Assembly (NCBI GenBank): GCA_002269645.1 | Contig: NIVC01000376.1 | Span: 372,001 to 436,000 of the forward strand | DNA: 64,000 nucleotides | Source of the DNA: Macrostomum lignano | Taxonomy: Eukaryota | Reading direction: 5' to 3' | Shown here: positions 44,446 to 59,400 of the stretch, in pieces | How positions within the stretch are numbered: the stretch's first letter is position 1 | How the letters are laid out: the number at the start of each line of letters is the position of its first letter | Position numbers and translations under genes: made by a program | Notes under the pieces: model-generated | The model's input: the letters and a program-made list of their open reading frames with translations, nothing else | Database searches by the model: none | Told to the model about the DNA's origin: nothing

Positions 44446-47400
44446 TCAAGCCACGGTGGTCGCCTGTCCCGACTGCAACGGCTGTTTGAATATCCAGTCG
44501 CCCTCCTCATCTCTGATGAAGTATTTCACCGGAAATTGGAGGCCGTGATCGCGACGATATCTTCCGCAATTCCGTTGACGATCTTCCAGCTGTATGATGG
44601 TAAACAATACAAATGAAATTATTGACAGAATGAGTGCTACTAAGTATGCTACTCATAAAGGGGAGAACAAAGATTAGACACGGTTAGACAAGGATAATAC
44701 GAGTAATTAATATAACGGATTTACAATTAGATTGGAATTTATACAGGTAAGATAGCACAGGTTGATTAAGACACACACAGGTGAGATAGCACAGGTAGAT
44801 TAAGACACACAGGTGAGATAGCACAGGTTGATTAAGACACACACAGGTGAGATAGCACAGGTAGATTAAGACACACACAGGTGAGATAGCACAGGTAGAT
44901 TAAGACACACACAGGTGAGATAGCACAGGTAGATTAAGACACACAGGTGAGATAGCACAGGTAGATTAAGACACACACAGGTGAGATAGCACAGGTAGAT
45001 TAAGACACACAGGTGAGATAGCACAGGTAGATTAAGACACACAGGTGAGATAGCACAGGTAGATTAAGACACACAGGTGAGATAGCACAGGTAGATTAAG
45101 ACACACACAGGTGAGATAGCACAGGTAGATTAAGACACACACAGGTGAGATAGCACAGGTAGATTAAGACACACACAGGTGAGATAGCACAGGTAGATTA
45201 AGACACACACATGTGAGATACCACAGGTAGATTAAGACACACAGGTGAGATAGCACAGGTAGATTAAGACACACACAGGTGAGATAGCACAGGTAGATTA
45301 AGACACACACAGGTGAGATAGCACAGGTAGATTAAGACACACAGGTGAGATAGCACAGGTAGATTAAGACACACACAGGTGAGATAGCACAGGTAGATTA
45401 AGACACACACAGGTGAGATAGCACAGGTAGATTAAGACACACAGGTGAGATAGCACAGGTAGATTAAGACACACACAGGTGAGATAGCACAGGTAGATTA
45501 AGACACAAACAAGTGAGAATAGGCACAGAAAGATAAGCAAAAAAGTACGCATAGACAATAATCAACACCCACTAACCTTTTTCTTTTCCTCGGTCGCCTT
45601 GGCAATGTCGCCGGCTCGCAGTGCCTCGGTAACGGACTCCCACAGTCGGCGCGACTCGTAGGCGCGCTGCTGACGGCGCGGCCGGACCCGCTTTGGCAGG
45701 GCGGGCAGCTGGGCAACATGCAGCTGCCGGCGCTCACCAGTGGCCGGATTTTCGAATTCCAGTTGGCCGCTCCATTCGCCGCTAACTCGACGGGCGACGC
45801 CGCCAGCTGGGCTGCGAACTTCGGCGCTGATGCGGTGCAGCTTGCCGCCATAGAATGGCTTGGTGTGGAATATCACCGAGGCGGAGAACCGGGACTTGGT
45901 GCAGCTGATGCCCACCTGACAGCGGCAATGAGGCAGGAGTGAGGCGTCTCACAAGGGGCGATTCTACAGTAGCAGAATGTAGGGTAGGGGCGATTCTACA
46001 GTAGCAGAATGTAGGGTAGGGGCCATTCTGCAGTAGCAGAATTCAGGATAGGGGCGATTCTGCAGTTGAATCACACAGGGTCAGATGCGATTCTGCAGTT
46101 GAATCACACAGGGTCAGATGCCATTCTGCAGTTGAATCACACAGGGTCACATGCGATTCTGCAGTTGAATCACACAGGGTCAGGTGCGATTCTGCAGTTG
46201 AATCACACAGGGTCAGATGCGATTCTGCAGTTGAATCACACAGGGTCACATGCGATTCTGCAGTTGAATCACACAGGGTCAGGTGCGATTCTGCAGTTGA
46301 ATCACACAGGGTCAGATGCCATTCTGCAGTTGAATCACACAGGGTCACATGCGATTCTGCAGTTGAATCACACAGGGTCAGGTGCGATTCTGCAGTTGAA
46401 TCACACAGGGTCAGATGCGATTCTGCAGTTGAATCACACAGGGTCAGATGCGATTCTGCAGTTGAATCACACAGGGTCACATGCGATTCTGCAGTTGAAT
46501 CACACAGGGTCAGATGCGATTCTGCAGTTGAATCACACAGGGTCAGATGCGATTCTGCAGTTGAATCACACAGGGTCAGATGCGATTCTGCAGTTGAATC
46601 ACACAGGGTCAGATGCCATTCTGCAGTTGAATCACACAGGGTCACATGCGATTCTGCAGTTGAATCACACAGGGTCAGGTGCGATTCTGCAGTTGAATCA
46701 CACAGGGTCAGATGCGATTCTGCAGTTGAATCACACAGGGTCACATGCGATTCTGCAGTTGAATCACACAGGGTCACATGCGATTCTGCAGTTGAATCAC
46801 ACAGGGTCAGATGCGATTCTGCAGTTGAATCACACAGGGTCAGATGCCATTCTGCAGTTGAATCACACAGGGTCAGATGCGATTCTGCAGTTGAATCACA
46901 CAGGGTCAGCAGATGCGATTCTGCAGTTGGAGCACACAGGGAGCACATTGGAGCACAAACCTTGTCTCCCAGTTCGACCCAGGGCACGGTGAGAATAGAC
47001 CTGGCGTAGGCGCTGGGCAGCTGGATGCTGTAGACCTCGCCGTGGCCAAGCAGATGCAGCTGCAGTTTACCAATCATGTTGACACCGATACTCATTCCCA
47101 TGAACTTGCTCTTAGTATAGATGCTGGCATTCAGCCAAATCTGTTTCTGCGGACACTCCAGATAGAATGCGGTCACTGGCGGGTGGTGCGAAACCTGCTC
47201 GGCCGTGTACACCAGCTGGGTGCTGCCATCGCCTAGCAACCAGGAGCAGTGGAAAGTCTCGCCAATTAGCGGGTTGTACGGCTTCTTGGCGATGGCGCCC
47301 TGAATGGGTTGGTTGTACATGTATTTATTTTATTGTAATTAGAGGCGGGGAGCTGTGTGCACCCTGGCGCACTTTAAGAGGCATTACTGCCCATTCCGAC

Positions 47401-50400
47401 GGCTCCCCTGAGCAGGCACACACTCACACAGGAGTGTACAGCGGCCCAAACTTTATTTATCGTTAGGCATGTACACTTCACTGTGCCTTGGGGGTTGACT
47501 GGCGCTCAAGGGCGTTAATTGCACAAGCAGAGCCCAGCCGAGATTCCAATTTAGACGCGATTTATTGCACAACGATATTCTAATTTATCATCTATACTAC
47601 TCACCCTTAGCTATCTTTAGTATGGCATGCAAAATTAATATAAACAAAATGTTTACTATCAGGTGGTTGCACAATAACAAAATGCATTTTTTTTACTTCT
47701 ATTCGTTTTTTATATAGCACTAATTGCCAGTATTTAAAATATCGCCTGTCAGTGGAAATGAAGGCGATTTTCAAAGAGTATCAGGGGCGATTTTCAGAGA
47801 GTATTAGGGGCGATTTTCCGAGAGTATCAGGGGCGATTTTTCGAGAGTATCAGGGGCGACTTTCAGAGAGTATCAGGGGCGATTTTCAGATGGATCAGGG
47901 GCTCCTAATAATAACTTCCACCCGTACTCATCTTTAGAACAGAGTTTAGCCTACTTAGGGTCACAATACCTATTTATGCACAGAAAGACACTTATAAGCA
48001 AAAATTAATAATGCATTTCACGTGGAAAAAAATGAACAGGGATATTCAAAACCGGTGTTATAATGCTATTATAAAGATGTTTTTAAAAGAGTAATAACCA
48101 ATAATGCATAGGAAAAAAAGCGTCTTACCAAGCAATTAATAAGTTAATTAATGAAAAACAACACGACGCTAAAACTGCTGGTTAATTAGGCGCACTCACC
48201 TTCTTCGGGTTAAAAGTATTCTAAGAAAAAGCGACATTGTGTGTTAGAGGTTAGAACTGATGAAAAAGCGCTGCTATACGAGTCTAAGACACAAATATTT
48301 TAAACAATCAAATAAAACAGACATACAAATAAACTAATGCATTTTAAAAATACTTTAGTGAGACAAAAGCGCGCAAGACACATACGAGCGCGTTTATTCA
48401 ATTGTGCTCAAGTCAAACGGGTAGGCTTGTGCGCAATAAAATCTTTTTTGCGTAACCGGACTTAACTGGACTAGCCTAAACAATCATTATTATAAATTAT
48501 GAAGATTATAAATCATCAGAGAATATAAAATATCAAAATTATGAATTTTCAAGACTGAGAATCATCATGATTATGAGCTGTCAAGTTTATGAAATGTCAA
48601 AATTATCAACTGTCTATCAAGATTATGAATTGTCTAGCAAGATTATGAACTGTCAAGATTATGAACTGTCATGATTATGAACTGTCAAGATTATGAACTG
48701 TCAAGATTATGAACTGTCAAGATTATGAACTGTCATGATTATGAACTGTCATGATTATGAACTGTCATGATTATGAACTGTCAAGATTATGAACTGTCAA
48801 GATTATGAACTGTCAAGATTATGAACTGTCAAGATTATGAACTATCAAGATTATGAACTGTCAAGATTATGAACTGTCAAGATTATGAACTGTCTATCAA
48901 GATTATGAACTGTCAAGATTATGAACTGTCATGATTATGAACTGTCAAGATTATGAACTGTCAAGATTATGAACTGTCATGATTATGAACTGTCAAGATT
49001 ATGAACTGTCATGATTATGAACTGTCATGATTATGAACTATCAAGATTATGAACTATCAAGATTATGAACTGTCAAGATTATGAACTGTCAAGATTATGA
49101 ACTGTCAAGATTATGAACTATCAAGATTATGAACTATCAAGATTATGAACTGTCAAGATTATGAACTGTCTATCAAGATTATGAACTGTCAAGATTATGA
49201 ACTGTCATGATTATGAACTGTCAAGATTATGAACTGTCAAGATTATGAACTGTCATGATTATGAACTGTCAAGATTATGAACTGTCATGATTATGAACTG
49301 TCATGATTATGAACTGTCATGATTATGAACTGTCAAGATTATGAACTGTCAAGATTATGAACTGTCAAGATTATGAACTGTCAAGATTATGAACTATCAA
49401 GATTATGAACTGTCAAGATTATGAACTGTCTATCAAGATTATGAACTGTCAAGATTATGAACTGTCAAGATTATGAACTGTCATGATTATGAACTGTCAA
49501 GATTATGAACTGTCAAGATTATGAACTGTCAAGATTATGAACTGTCAAGATTATGAACTATCAAGATTATGAACTGTCAAGATTATGAACTGTCATGATT
49601 ATGAACTGTCATGATTATGAACTGTCATGATTATGAACTGTCAAGATTATGAACTGTCAAGATTATGAACTGTCATGATTATGAACTGTCAAGATTATGA
49701 ACTGTCATGATTATGAACTGTCAAGATTATGAACTGTCATGATTATGAACTGTCAAGATTATGAACTGTCAAGATTATGAACTGTCAAGATTATGAACTG
49801 TCAAGATTATGAACTATCAAGATTATGAACTGTCAAGATTATGAACTGTCTATCAAGATTATGAACTGTCAAGATTATGAACTGTCAAGATTATGAACTG
49901 TCAAGATTATGAACTATCAAATATTATGAACTGTCTATCAAGATTATGAACTGTCAAGATTATGAACTGTCAAGATTATGAACTGTCAAGATTATGAACT
50001 GTCAAGATTATGAACTGTTAAGATCATTAACTAGCAAGATTATGAACTATCAAATATTAAGAACTAATAAGGATGTTAAATTATCAGGATTATGAATTAA
50101 CGGCAACTTATGAAATTTAAAAATTGATGCTTGGATCTCCTCAAAGTTAAGACAGGATAGATATAATAACACTGAGACTCACCTTCCTGCCAGCGTGAAA
50201 GCTGGTCAGAAACCACTCCAGCACGGCAACCATACGGGACTCGGGATCCGGCAGGTCGGCAGCCCGCAGGAACAGCTCCGGATGAAGCATGGAATCTGCG
50301 AACATCTCCAGTAGGGAGCGCTTCTCCAAGATGAAGGTCGGCAGCACAACCCTAGTGAGATCCATGCCGAGTTTGAGCTGCTGCAACAGGTGCAAGATCA

Positions 50401-53400
50401 CCGATTTGTGCTCTTCCACGCTGCCGAGATCCGACTCCAGCTCCGCCGGGCCGTCCTCTTCATCGTCGGCGTGCGGCACCGGAAACAGCGGCGCCTCCAG
50501 CATCTCTGGAAGCGGCACCGAGGACAGGGGCCCGGGCGCCGACAGCTGCGGCAAGGCCGACGTCGACGATGAGGACGCCACGGCTGGCAGATTGGTGGCA
50601 CTGCGGGGGGGGGGACAACAGATTAGTAGACTGACTTGCCTGCCTACCAGACTGACTACCAATCCTACTGACTTATCTACCTGCGAATCTACTAGCCTAT
50701 CTACCTGAACACCTACTAGCCTACGAGTACCTACCTGACAACCTACTAGCCTACCTACCTGAACACCTACTAGCCTACCTACCTGTACACCTACTAAGCC
50801 TACCTACCTGCCAACCTACTAAGCCTACCTACCTGAACACCTACTAGCCTACCTATCTGCCACCTACTAGCCTACCTACCTGAACACCTACTAGCCTAAC
50901 TAACTGCCAACCTACTAACCAACTTAATTGACAACCTACCATCCTACTAAACTAGCAACCTACCTACTAAAACGTCTAAGTAACCTACCGAGCTACCTAA
51001 CACATAACCAATTAACCTACTAACTAAACAATATAGGGTACCTACCAATAATTAATCTACCTACCTACCCAACCTGTTATCTATGTCGACCGTCCCTTGC
51101 GATTTCTCTCACTTTATCCCTTCTTTATAATAATAAATCTCTCCACTGCGTGTACCAGTCCATGTTTTTATACCGACTGCATGCCAGTGTATTAACGTGC
51201 CTGCTTATCTACCAGCCAATTTACCACCTATATACCTACCTACACACCTACCTACCTACCTACCTATCTACCCAGCTACCTACCTACCTACCTAGCTACC
51301 TACCTACCTACCTACCTATCTACCCAGCTACCTACCTACCTACCTAGCTACCTACCTACCTACCTACCTACCTACCTACCTTCCTACCTACCTACATATA
51401 ACCATAACTAATCTATACTATAGAAAAGGTTGACCTTCAAATGTCCCAGCGCCAATTCTAAATTCAGACATTATTCAGACAAAAACCAGCGAGGCAAAAT
51501 TAAGAATTTATTATCGCAACATTAGAAGTCAGCTAGCAACTGAAGGTGAGTACATTTTTATGCAGATGGGAAGCTACTAGCGGAGCTTGGGAGAGAGAGA
51601 GAGTAATCTTGACAGGTAGGCAGGCCGCACCAATCCATTAATTAATTAAAGCCAATTATCCCGAATCACTGACAGCCATACAAGGTCAGAGTTGCACAGA
51701 CAGTAGAAGAGCATTAATCTAAGTTGCTATGGAAACCAGCTGAGAAACTCAATCACACTAACTAGCTGTCCTAGACTTGCAGACGAGCGCCCATTAATTT
51801 TTAACAGTCAGTCAGTCAGCTGGCAATAACTGAGTATTCCGCAGGCGGATGTACACTCTCTGCGCCTGCGGGGCTGGCCCTCATTGGTGCGAAAAGCATT
51901 ACAACAACCCTCAGTCGGTCAATTTTCCTCATCATCATCTGTCCTCTCACCTGAGCGATTTCTGATCATTATTATTAGACCTGACGCCGGAGCCCGCAGT
52001 CAGGGAAGACGCGGCGCGCAGGCGCTGCAGCACAGGCAAATCAGAGGCGCTCAGGTGCAGCATGTCGAATGATTCGATAACTGCCGGCTGCGGAGTAAAA
52101 ATGAAGGACATACGAGTCGTAAATGCATGCACTTTTTCGTCTTCGACTTCACAGCAAACTGACTTACATGCACACCCAAGCTGAGCACACAGACAATAGA
52201 ATGCCTTTAGTTAGCAAAGTGAAAGTATAAGTTCCTTTCTGTTTCGTAACTATTCTAGCTATTGAAATAAGAGAGCCACGGCCTCTCTAGGAAAAGTGGG
52301 ACTGTGGGAGAAGTGGCTGAGGACAGCCAGATCAGTCCAGTAACTGAAGGGGATATTTAACACGGCTGAGAGGTGGGTAGGGGTGTGGAAGAAGAGTATT
52401 AACCCCCTCCCCTCCCGCATGGAAAGCGCTCATCGTTGGACTTGGGACCGATGCCAACCAATTGGAAGTCGGCCAAAGACGGATTTAATCCCACTCAAAT
52501 TCAACCTACTGTGTCTGTGAGCCTCCCCTCCCCCTGCTGCCTCCTCTGCCTGCCCGTCTGGATAAATACAATAGAGGAAACACTCTTGCCGCCTGCCTAA
52601 CCCAACTAAAAATGAGTTCTGGCGCGCCATCGGTTTCAAAATAGGGACTTGAGGTACTCTTGTTGCTAGCATAATCTGAAACAGAAACGGAAACCCCCTA
52701 GGACAGAATTGGAAGAATTGGAGAAACAAACGCATAAGCAGTCAAGATGAGCAACCGGGGGGAGGACATTGAGAATCGAGAGAAGTATTTCCGAGAAACT
52801 GTTCGCTTCCGTTGCTGCTGCTAAGCACTGGCCTAAATCCCGAGAGGAGCGAAGGAAGTGGTGGATGAAGAGGCAGAGCCGGGCGAGGGGAGGTGGGCCA
52901 AGATGGGGGCAGACGCGGGAGGCTGGAAGCGGGGTTTTTTATTTTATTTGAGTACGCGCTCAGGCCTAGGCGAACAGGCGGACAGACAAGCAAGTGAATG
53001 GTTTGTGTGTAGCACTCGGGGTTGGGGCCCACACTCATGATGCGCGATGAGGCCCAGGCGGATCGGAGGGAGACACATAAAATAAACATGAGCAAGGCTA
53101 GGATCGGCTAGGCTCGGCGGCAGGGCGAGGACGCCACTGGCGTTAGGGAAGTTCTTTGGTCGAACTGGACTACAAACAGATCGATACCAATATATCCAAT
53201 TAGTGGCTAGTCAGTACAAGATGCAACAAAGCGAAACCTTGGCGAGTAGGTGAATAACTGGATTAATCAGTGCCTTTATAAGTGCCTCCAGTATCCACCA
53301 CAGCTGGCAGAAGTCCTGAATCCTCATCAGTAAGACAGCCTTCATCTGTCTATAAGTGTCTCCAGTATCCACCACAGCTGGCAGAAATCCTGAATCCTCA

Positions 53401-56400
53401 TCAGTAAGACAGCCTTCATCTGTCTATAAGTGCCTCCAACATCCACCACAGCTGGCAGAAATCCTGAATCCTCATCAGTAAGACAGCCTTCATCTGTCTA
53501 TAAGTGCCTCCAACATCCACCACAGCTGGCAGAAATCCTGAATCCTCATCAGTAAGACAGCCTTCATCTGTCTATAAGTGCCTCCAACATCCACCACAGC
53601 TGGCAGAAATCCTGAATCCTCATCAGTAAGACAGCCTTCATCTGTCTATAAGTGTCTCCAGTATCCACCACAGCTGGCAGAAATCCTGAATCCTCATCAG
53701 TAAGACAGCCTTCATCTGTCTATAAGTGTCTCCAGTATCCACCACAGCTGGCAGAAATCCTGAATCCTCATCAGTAAGACAGCCTTCATCTGTCTATAAG
53801 TGCCTCCAACATCCACCACAGCTGGCAGAAATCCTGAATCCTCATCAGTAAGACAGCCTTCATCTGTCTATAAGTGCCTCCAACATCCACCACAGCTGGC
53901 AGAAATCCTGAATCCTCATCAGTAAGACAGCCTTCATCTGTCTATAAGTGCCTCCAACATCCACCACAGCTGGCAGAAATCCTGAATCCTCATCAGTAAG
54001 ACAGCCTTCATCTGTCTATAAGTGTCTCCAGTATCCACCACAGCTGGCAGAAATCCTGAATCCTCATCAGTAAGACAGCCTTCATCTGTCTATAAGTGTC
54101 TCCAGTATCCACCACAGCTGGCAGAAATCCTGAATCCTCATCAGTAAGACAGCCTTCATCTGTCTATAAGTGCCTCCAACATCCACCACAGCTGGCAGAA
54201 ATCCTGAATCCTCATCAGTAAGACAGCCTTCATCTGTCTATAAGTGCCTCCCAACATCCACCACAGCTGGCAGAAATCCTGAATCCTCATCAGTAAGACA
54301 ACCTTCATCTGTCTATAAGTGCCTTCAGTATCCACCACAGCTGGCAGAAGTCCTGAATCCTCATCAGTAAGACAACCTTCATCTGTCTATAAGTGTCTCC
54401 AGTATCCACCACAGCTGGCAGAAGTCCTGAATCCTCATCAGTAAGACAGCCTTCATCTGTCTATAAGTGCCTCCAACATCCACCACAGCTGGCAGAAATC
54501 CTGAATCCTCATCAGTAAGACAGCCTTCATCTGTCTATAAGTGCCTCCAGTATCCACCACAGCTGGCAGAAATCCTGAATCCTCATCAGTAAGACAGCCT
54601 TCATCTGTCTATAAGTGTCTCCAGTATCCACCACAGCTGGCAGAAGTCCTGAATCCTCATCAGTAAGACAGCCTTCATCTGTCTATAAGTGTCTCCAGTA
54701 TCCACCACAGCTGGCAGAAATCCTGAATCCTCATCAGTAAGACAGCCTTCATCTGTCTATAAGTGCCTCCAACATCCACCACAGCTGGCAGAAATCCTGA
54801 ATCCTCATCAGTAAGACAGCCTTCATCTGTCTATAAGTGCCTCCAACATCCACCACAGCTGGCAGAAATCCTGAATCCTCATCAGTAAGACAGCCTTCAT
54901 CTGTCTATAAGTGCCTCCAGTATCCACCACAGCTGGCAGAAATCCTGAATCCTCATCAGTAAGACAACCTTCATCTGTCTATAAGTGCTAATATCAGTAA
55001 TAGTCCCGATAAAGAGGAATTAGACAAGCTAATGGAGCGGCAATTAGCCAAGACTTTTTAAACAAATTAAACTAGCTGTATGATAACCCTGGGGATAGGA
55101 AATTCAATTATCAGGAACAGAGTGGCGCAAATTAGCATTGGCAACGTGCCAGCAGTGCTGACGACTGCCTTTTGAAAGACAAAAAAGGATTAATCAAATT
55201 CACAAAGTCGATTAAATTGCGTTCAAAAAGCGAAAAAAGATCCGTGCCACAGCAAGATAAGGAAAGCGAAGGAAAACTGCAATTTAAAAAAATGAGGTCA
55301 AATAATACGCACAAAGAACTTAAATTCGAATTTTTTAAACAAATTCTTGAAAAGTGTACTTATTACTCTTCTGAAAAGCAAATTTTCCTGCCAGACATTT
55401 TCCTGCCAGTGACATTTGCCTGTCAGTGACATTCGATTGTCAGTGACATTTGCCTGTCAGTGACATTCGACTGTCAGTGTAATTTGCCTGTCAGTGACAT
55501 TCGACTGTCAGTGACATTTGCCTGTCAGTGACATTCGACTGCCAGTGACATTTGCCTGTCAGTGACATTCGACTGTCAGTGACATTTGCCTGTCAGTGAC
55601 ATTTGCCTGTCAGTGACATTCGACTGCCAGTGACATTTGCCTGTCAGTGACATTCGACTGTCAGTGACATTTGCCTGTCAGTGACATTCGACTGTCAGTG
55701 ACATTTGCCTGTCAGTGACATTCGACTGTCAGTGACATTTGCCTGTCAGTGACATTTGCCTGTCAGTGACATTTGCCTGTCAGTGACATTTGCCTGTCAG
55801 TGACATTCGACTGTCAGTGACATTTGCCTGTCAGTGACATTCGACTGTCAGTGACATTTGCCTGTCAGTGACATTAGACTGTCAGTGACATTTGCCTGTC
55901 AGTGACATTCGACTGTCAGCGACATTTGCCTGTCAGTGACATTCGACTGTCAGTGACATTCGACTGTCAGTGACATTTGCCTGTCAGTGACATTCGACTG
56001 TCAGTGACATTTGCCTGTCAGTGACATTCGACTGTCAGTGACATTTGCCTGTCAGTGACATTAGACTGTCAGTGACATTTGCCTGTCAGTGACATTCGAC
56101 TGTCAGCGACATTTGCCTGTCAGTGACATTCGACTGTCAGTGACATTTGCCTGTCAGTGACATTCGACTGTCAGTGACATTTGCCTGTCAGTGACATTCG
56201 ACTGTCAGTGACTTTTGCCGTTCAGTGACATTAGACTGTCAGTGACATTTGCCTGTCAGTGACATTTGCCTGTCAGTGACATTTGCCTGTCAGTGACATT
56301 AGACTGTCAGTGACATTAGACTGTCAGTGACATTTGCCTGTCAGTGACATTTGCCTGTCAGTGACATTTGCCTGTCAGTGACATTTGCCTGCAAACCGTA

Positions 56401-59400
56401 GCTTTAAAGCTGAATTTAGACTACGCGTACATCCAAACCCGAATTTAAACCTCAAACTAAACGCTAACTATGTTCTTTACGCGTATAATGTGACTACCCC
56501 AATACTAAAGTAGCAAGTGAAGTTAATAACTGTTAAAAAATGAGATAAAAAACAAAGCCCAGCATAAACTTACAGACACAGGTATCGCGTCTTTAAATTT
56601 GCTACTATTACTAAAAAGGTATAAGAAAAAATGCAACAGAGTTTAATTGGCAAACAGATCTAACCTCCCGGGGACAGGCACCTGGCTAATGCAAGTTAAA
56701 AAGCAATTTTAGCATACAATAGCTAGGCACAGCAAAAACTGTACAGCAACCATGCAAAACTATCTTTTGTTAAAGCAATAACCAACTATGACTTTGTTAA
56801 ACTATTTAATACTAAGGCAAACACATACACACACACAACTTACACTCCATATCAATATTTGAGGCCTTCCGTAGCTGCACATTTGATACAGAGAATTCAC
56901 TAATAGACACAATGATAGTGAGGCACAGTATGGTCTAAGTCAAGCACAGATGAGAACTGATAAGCTGATAAATGGAAGTTGATTAGAGAAGTTACGAGAC
57001 TAAAGATAGCGAGTAGCAACTAAAAGCAGACCTTTACTGAGCGCTTAGAAGCGGATATATTTATGAATTTTCATCGGCTGTTTACGTCGGCAATGAAGGG
57101 GCGGGCTAGTGAAACTGCGCGTGAAACAGAAAAAAAAAGATATTAAAAAACATTAATGCTGTATCAAGTTATAGAATTGCGCAAAACAACTGATACAGGC
57201 TAGATATTGCATTACTTAATAGATTAGGATTAAAATACTGCAGTTGGAAGCTACTGACTTTAATTTTAGCTTTAATTTAATTTTATACTATATTTGCATT
57301 ATTTTATATACTGCTATATTAATTATCACATCGAAAGCAAACCGCTCTAGGAAACTAAGAGCATAGCAACTGGGGATCTGGAAGGCTGGCCCAGCAATTG
57401 AGGATCTGGGAGGCTGGCCCAGGAACTGGGGATCTGGGAGGCTGGCCCAGCAACTGAGGATCTGGAAGGCTGGCCCAGGAACTGAGGATTTGGGAGGCTG
57501 GCCCAGCAACTGAGGATCTGGGAGGCTGGCCCAGCAACTGAGGATCTGGAAGGCTGGCCCAGGAACTGAGGATCTGGGAGGCTGGCCAAGGAACTGAAGA
57601 TCTGAGTGGCTGGCCCAGCAACTGAGGATCTGGGAGGCTGGCCCAGCAGGATCTGGGTGGCTGGCCCAGCAACTGAGGATCTGGGAGGCTGGCCAAGGAA
57701 CTGAGGATCTGGGTGGCTGGCCCAGCAACTGGGGATCTGGGAGGCTGGCCCAGCAACTGAGGATCTGGGAGGCTGGCTCAGCAACTGAGAATCTGCGAAG
57801 TTGGCTCAGCAACTGATCTGGGAGGCTCGCCAAGGAACTGAGGATCTGGGTGGCTGGCCCAGCAACTGGGGATTTGGGAGGCTGGCCTAGCAACTCATAC
57901 TTTACAAGAACGTGAGGAGTAAACTCACCGAACAGGGGTTCAGCTTCAACCGGGCGGTAGTCAGACTCTCTCTGCAGGACTCCAACGATCTGATAGCGGC
58001 CAGAGCAGTCGCCTTAGCAACCAGGACGTCTCTATCCAGACAGGCCAGCTGACGAGACTGCTGCTCAGCCGCCTCAGTGGCAGCCGGTTTACCACCTGGC
58101 AGAGAATATATCAGCGACTCCAGACCGGAAAATGCTGCCCCAAGGCTGACTGACAGCTCGCGCAAACTCGGCGCCGAAGCGTCGCCAGCGCCAGGCGGAC
58201 GACTGCCAGCGCCGCTGGTTTGATAAGCGACAGGAGCTGGGAAGTAGCTGACGTTGCCGCTCGAATGCGATTTGCTCACCTTGCGGTTGGCAACCGGGGC
58301 GAGGCGATCAGACTGCTCCATCGGCTGCTCAGAATGATCGGCAGATTGCGATTTCTGATGCAGACCCTGCTGCTGTTGCTGCTGCTGCTGCTGATGGTCT
58401 TGCAGGGCCTGGTCGCAGGACTGACAGCCGTAGATATCGGGCAGAGAAGCCGGGTTGAACTGGAATTAAATGGTTTTAAAATTGACCCAGTCGGATCAAT
58501 GATTGAATTTCTGGGATAATTGGGACGTATTTTCAATTCGGATTTTAAATATGACCATGCTAATGCGAGTGAAATTCAAGATCCCAAGTTCTGTGAAAGT
58601 AAAAACTGCGGAATTACAGAAAATTTAAATAAAATTATGGAAATCTGACCCCATATTCGGTAAAATTATGGAAATCTGACCCCATATTCGGTAAAATTAT
58701 GGAAATCTGACCCCATATTTAGTAAAATTATGGAAATCTGACCCCATATTTAGTAAAATTATGGAAATCTGACCCCATATTTAGTAAAATTATGGAAATC
58801 TGACCCCATATTTAGTAAAATTATGGAAATCTGACCCCATATTTAGTAAAATTATGGAAATCTGACCCCACATTCGGTAAAATTATTGACATCGGATCCC
58901 ATATTTGAATCTTGCTTGCAAATATTTGCTTTCAAATATTATAAAGAAGCCTGTTCTGATTCTTGAATTCAAAAAAAAATTCTCGTCAATTCCATTTCAA
59001 AGTATTCCTTTTAAGCGAAACCTACTTTAGCAAAAAGCATCTCTCTGTGTTTGAGAATTTGTTTTAATTTTATTTCTTTAGCGAAAGCTTTCAAGCAACT
59101 AACATCACCCCAAACTCCGTTACATGTATACAAAGGAAAACTTGATCAACTAAAAAGCATAGCCACTCACACTGCCAAGCTGTTTGCACTGATCTGAACA
59201 GAATTCCGCTACAGCTCGGATTCTCGTCACCCAATACTGCCTCTCCTTGGCGTCGTTGGCTGCGGGAATATTTGCGCTACTTACAGTAGGTCGGTAAAAG
59301 AATAAATTCATGGCTGTGGGGATATTTGCACTCTACTTACAGTAGGTCGGCAAAAGAATAAATTCATGGCTGTGGGGATATTTGCACTACTTACAGTAGG

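Noticed and set aside
30244-51430. A|TCTATACTA or A|TCTCTATCTA starts at about 30244, 34551 and 51412 resembling Helitron 5' ends
   Set aside because: No matching hairpin-CTRR 3' ends found downstream, and the motif is low-complexity.
52430-53095. ORFs and GC-rich patch in the OSBPL intron as an extra exon or internal promoter
   Set aside because: Flanking exons 57929, 52087-51951 and 50600 already join in phase, and the ORFs show no domain similarity.
38223-57893. ORFs at 37967-38824, 40178-40832, 46066-46992 and 57288-57893
   Set aside because: All coincide with intronic minisatellites.
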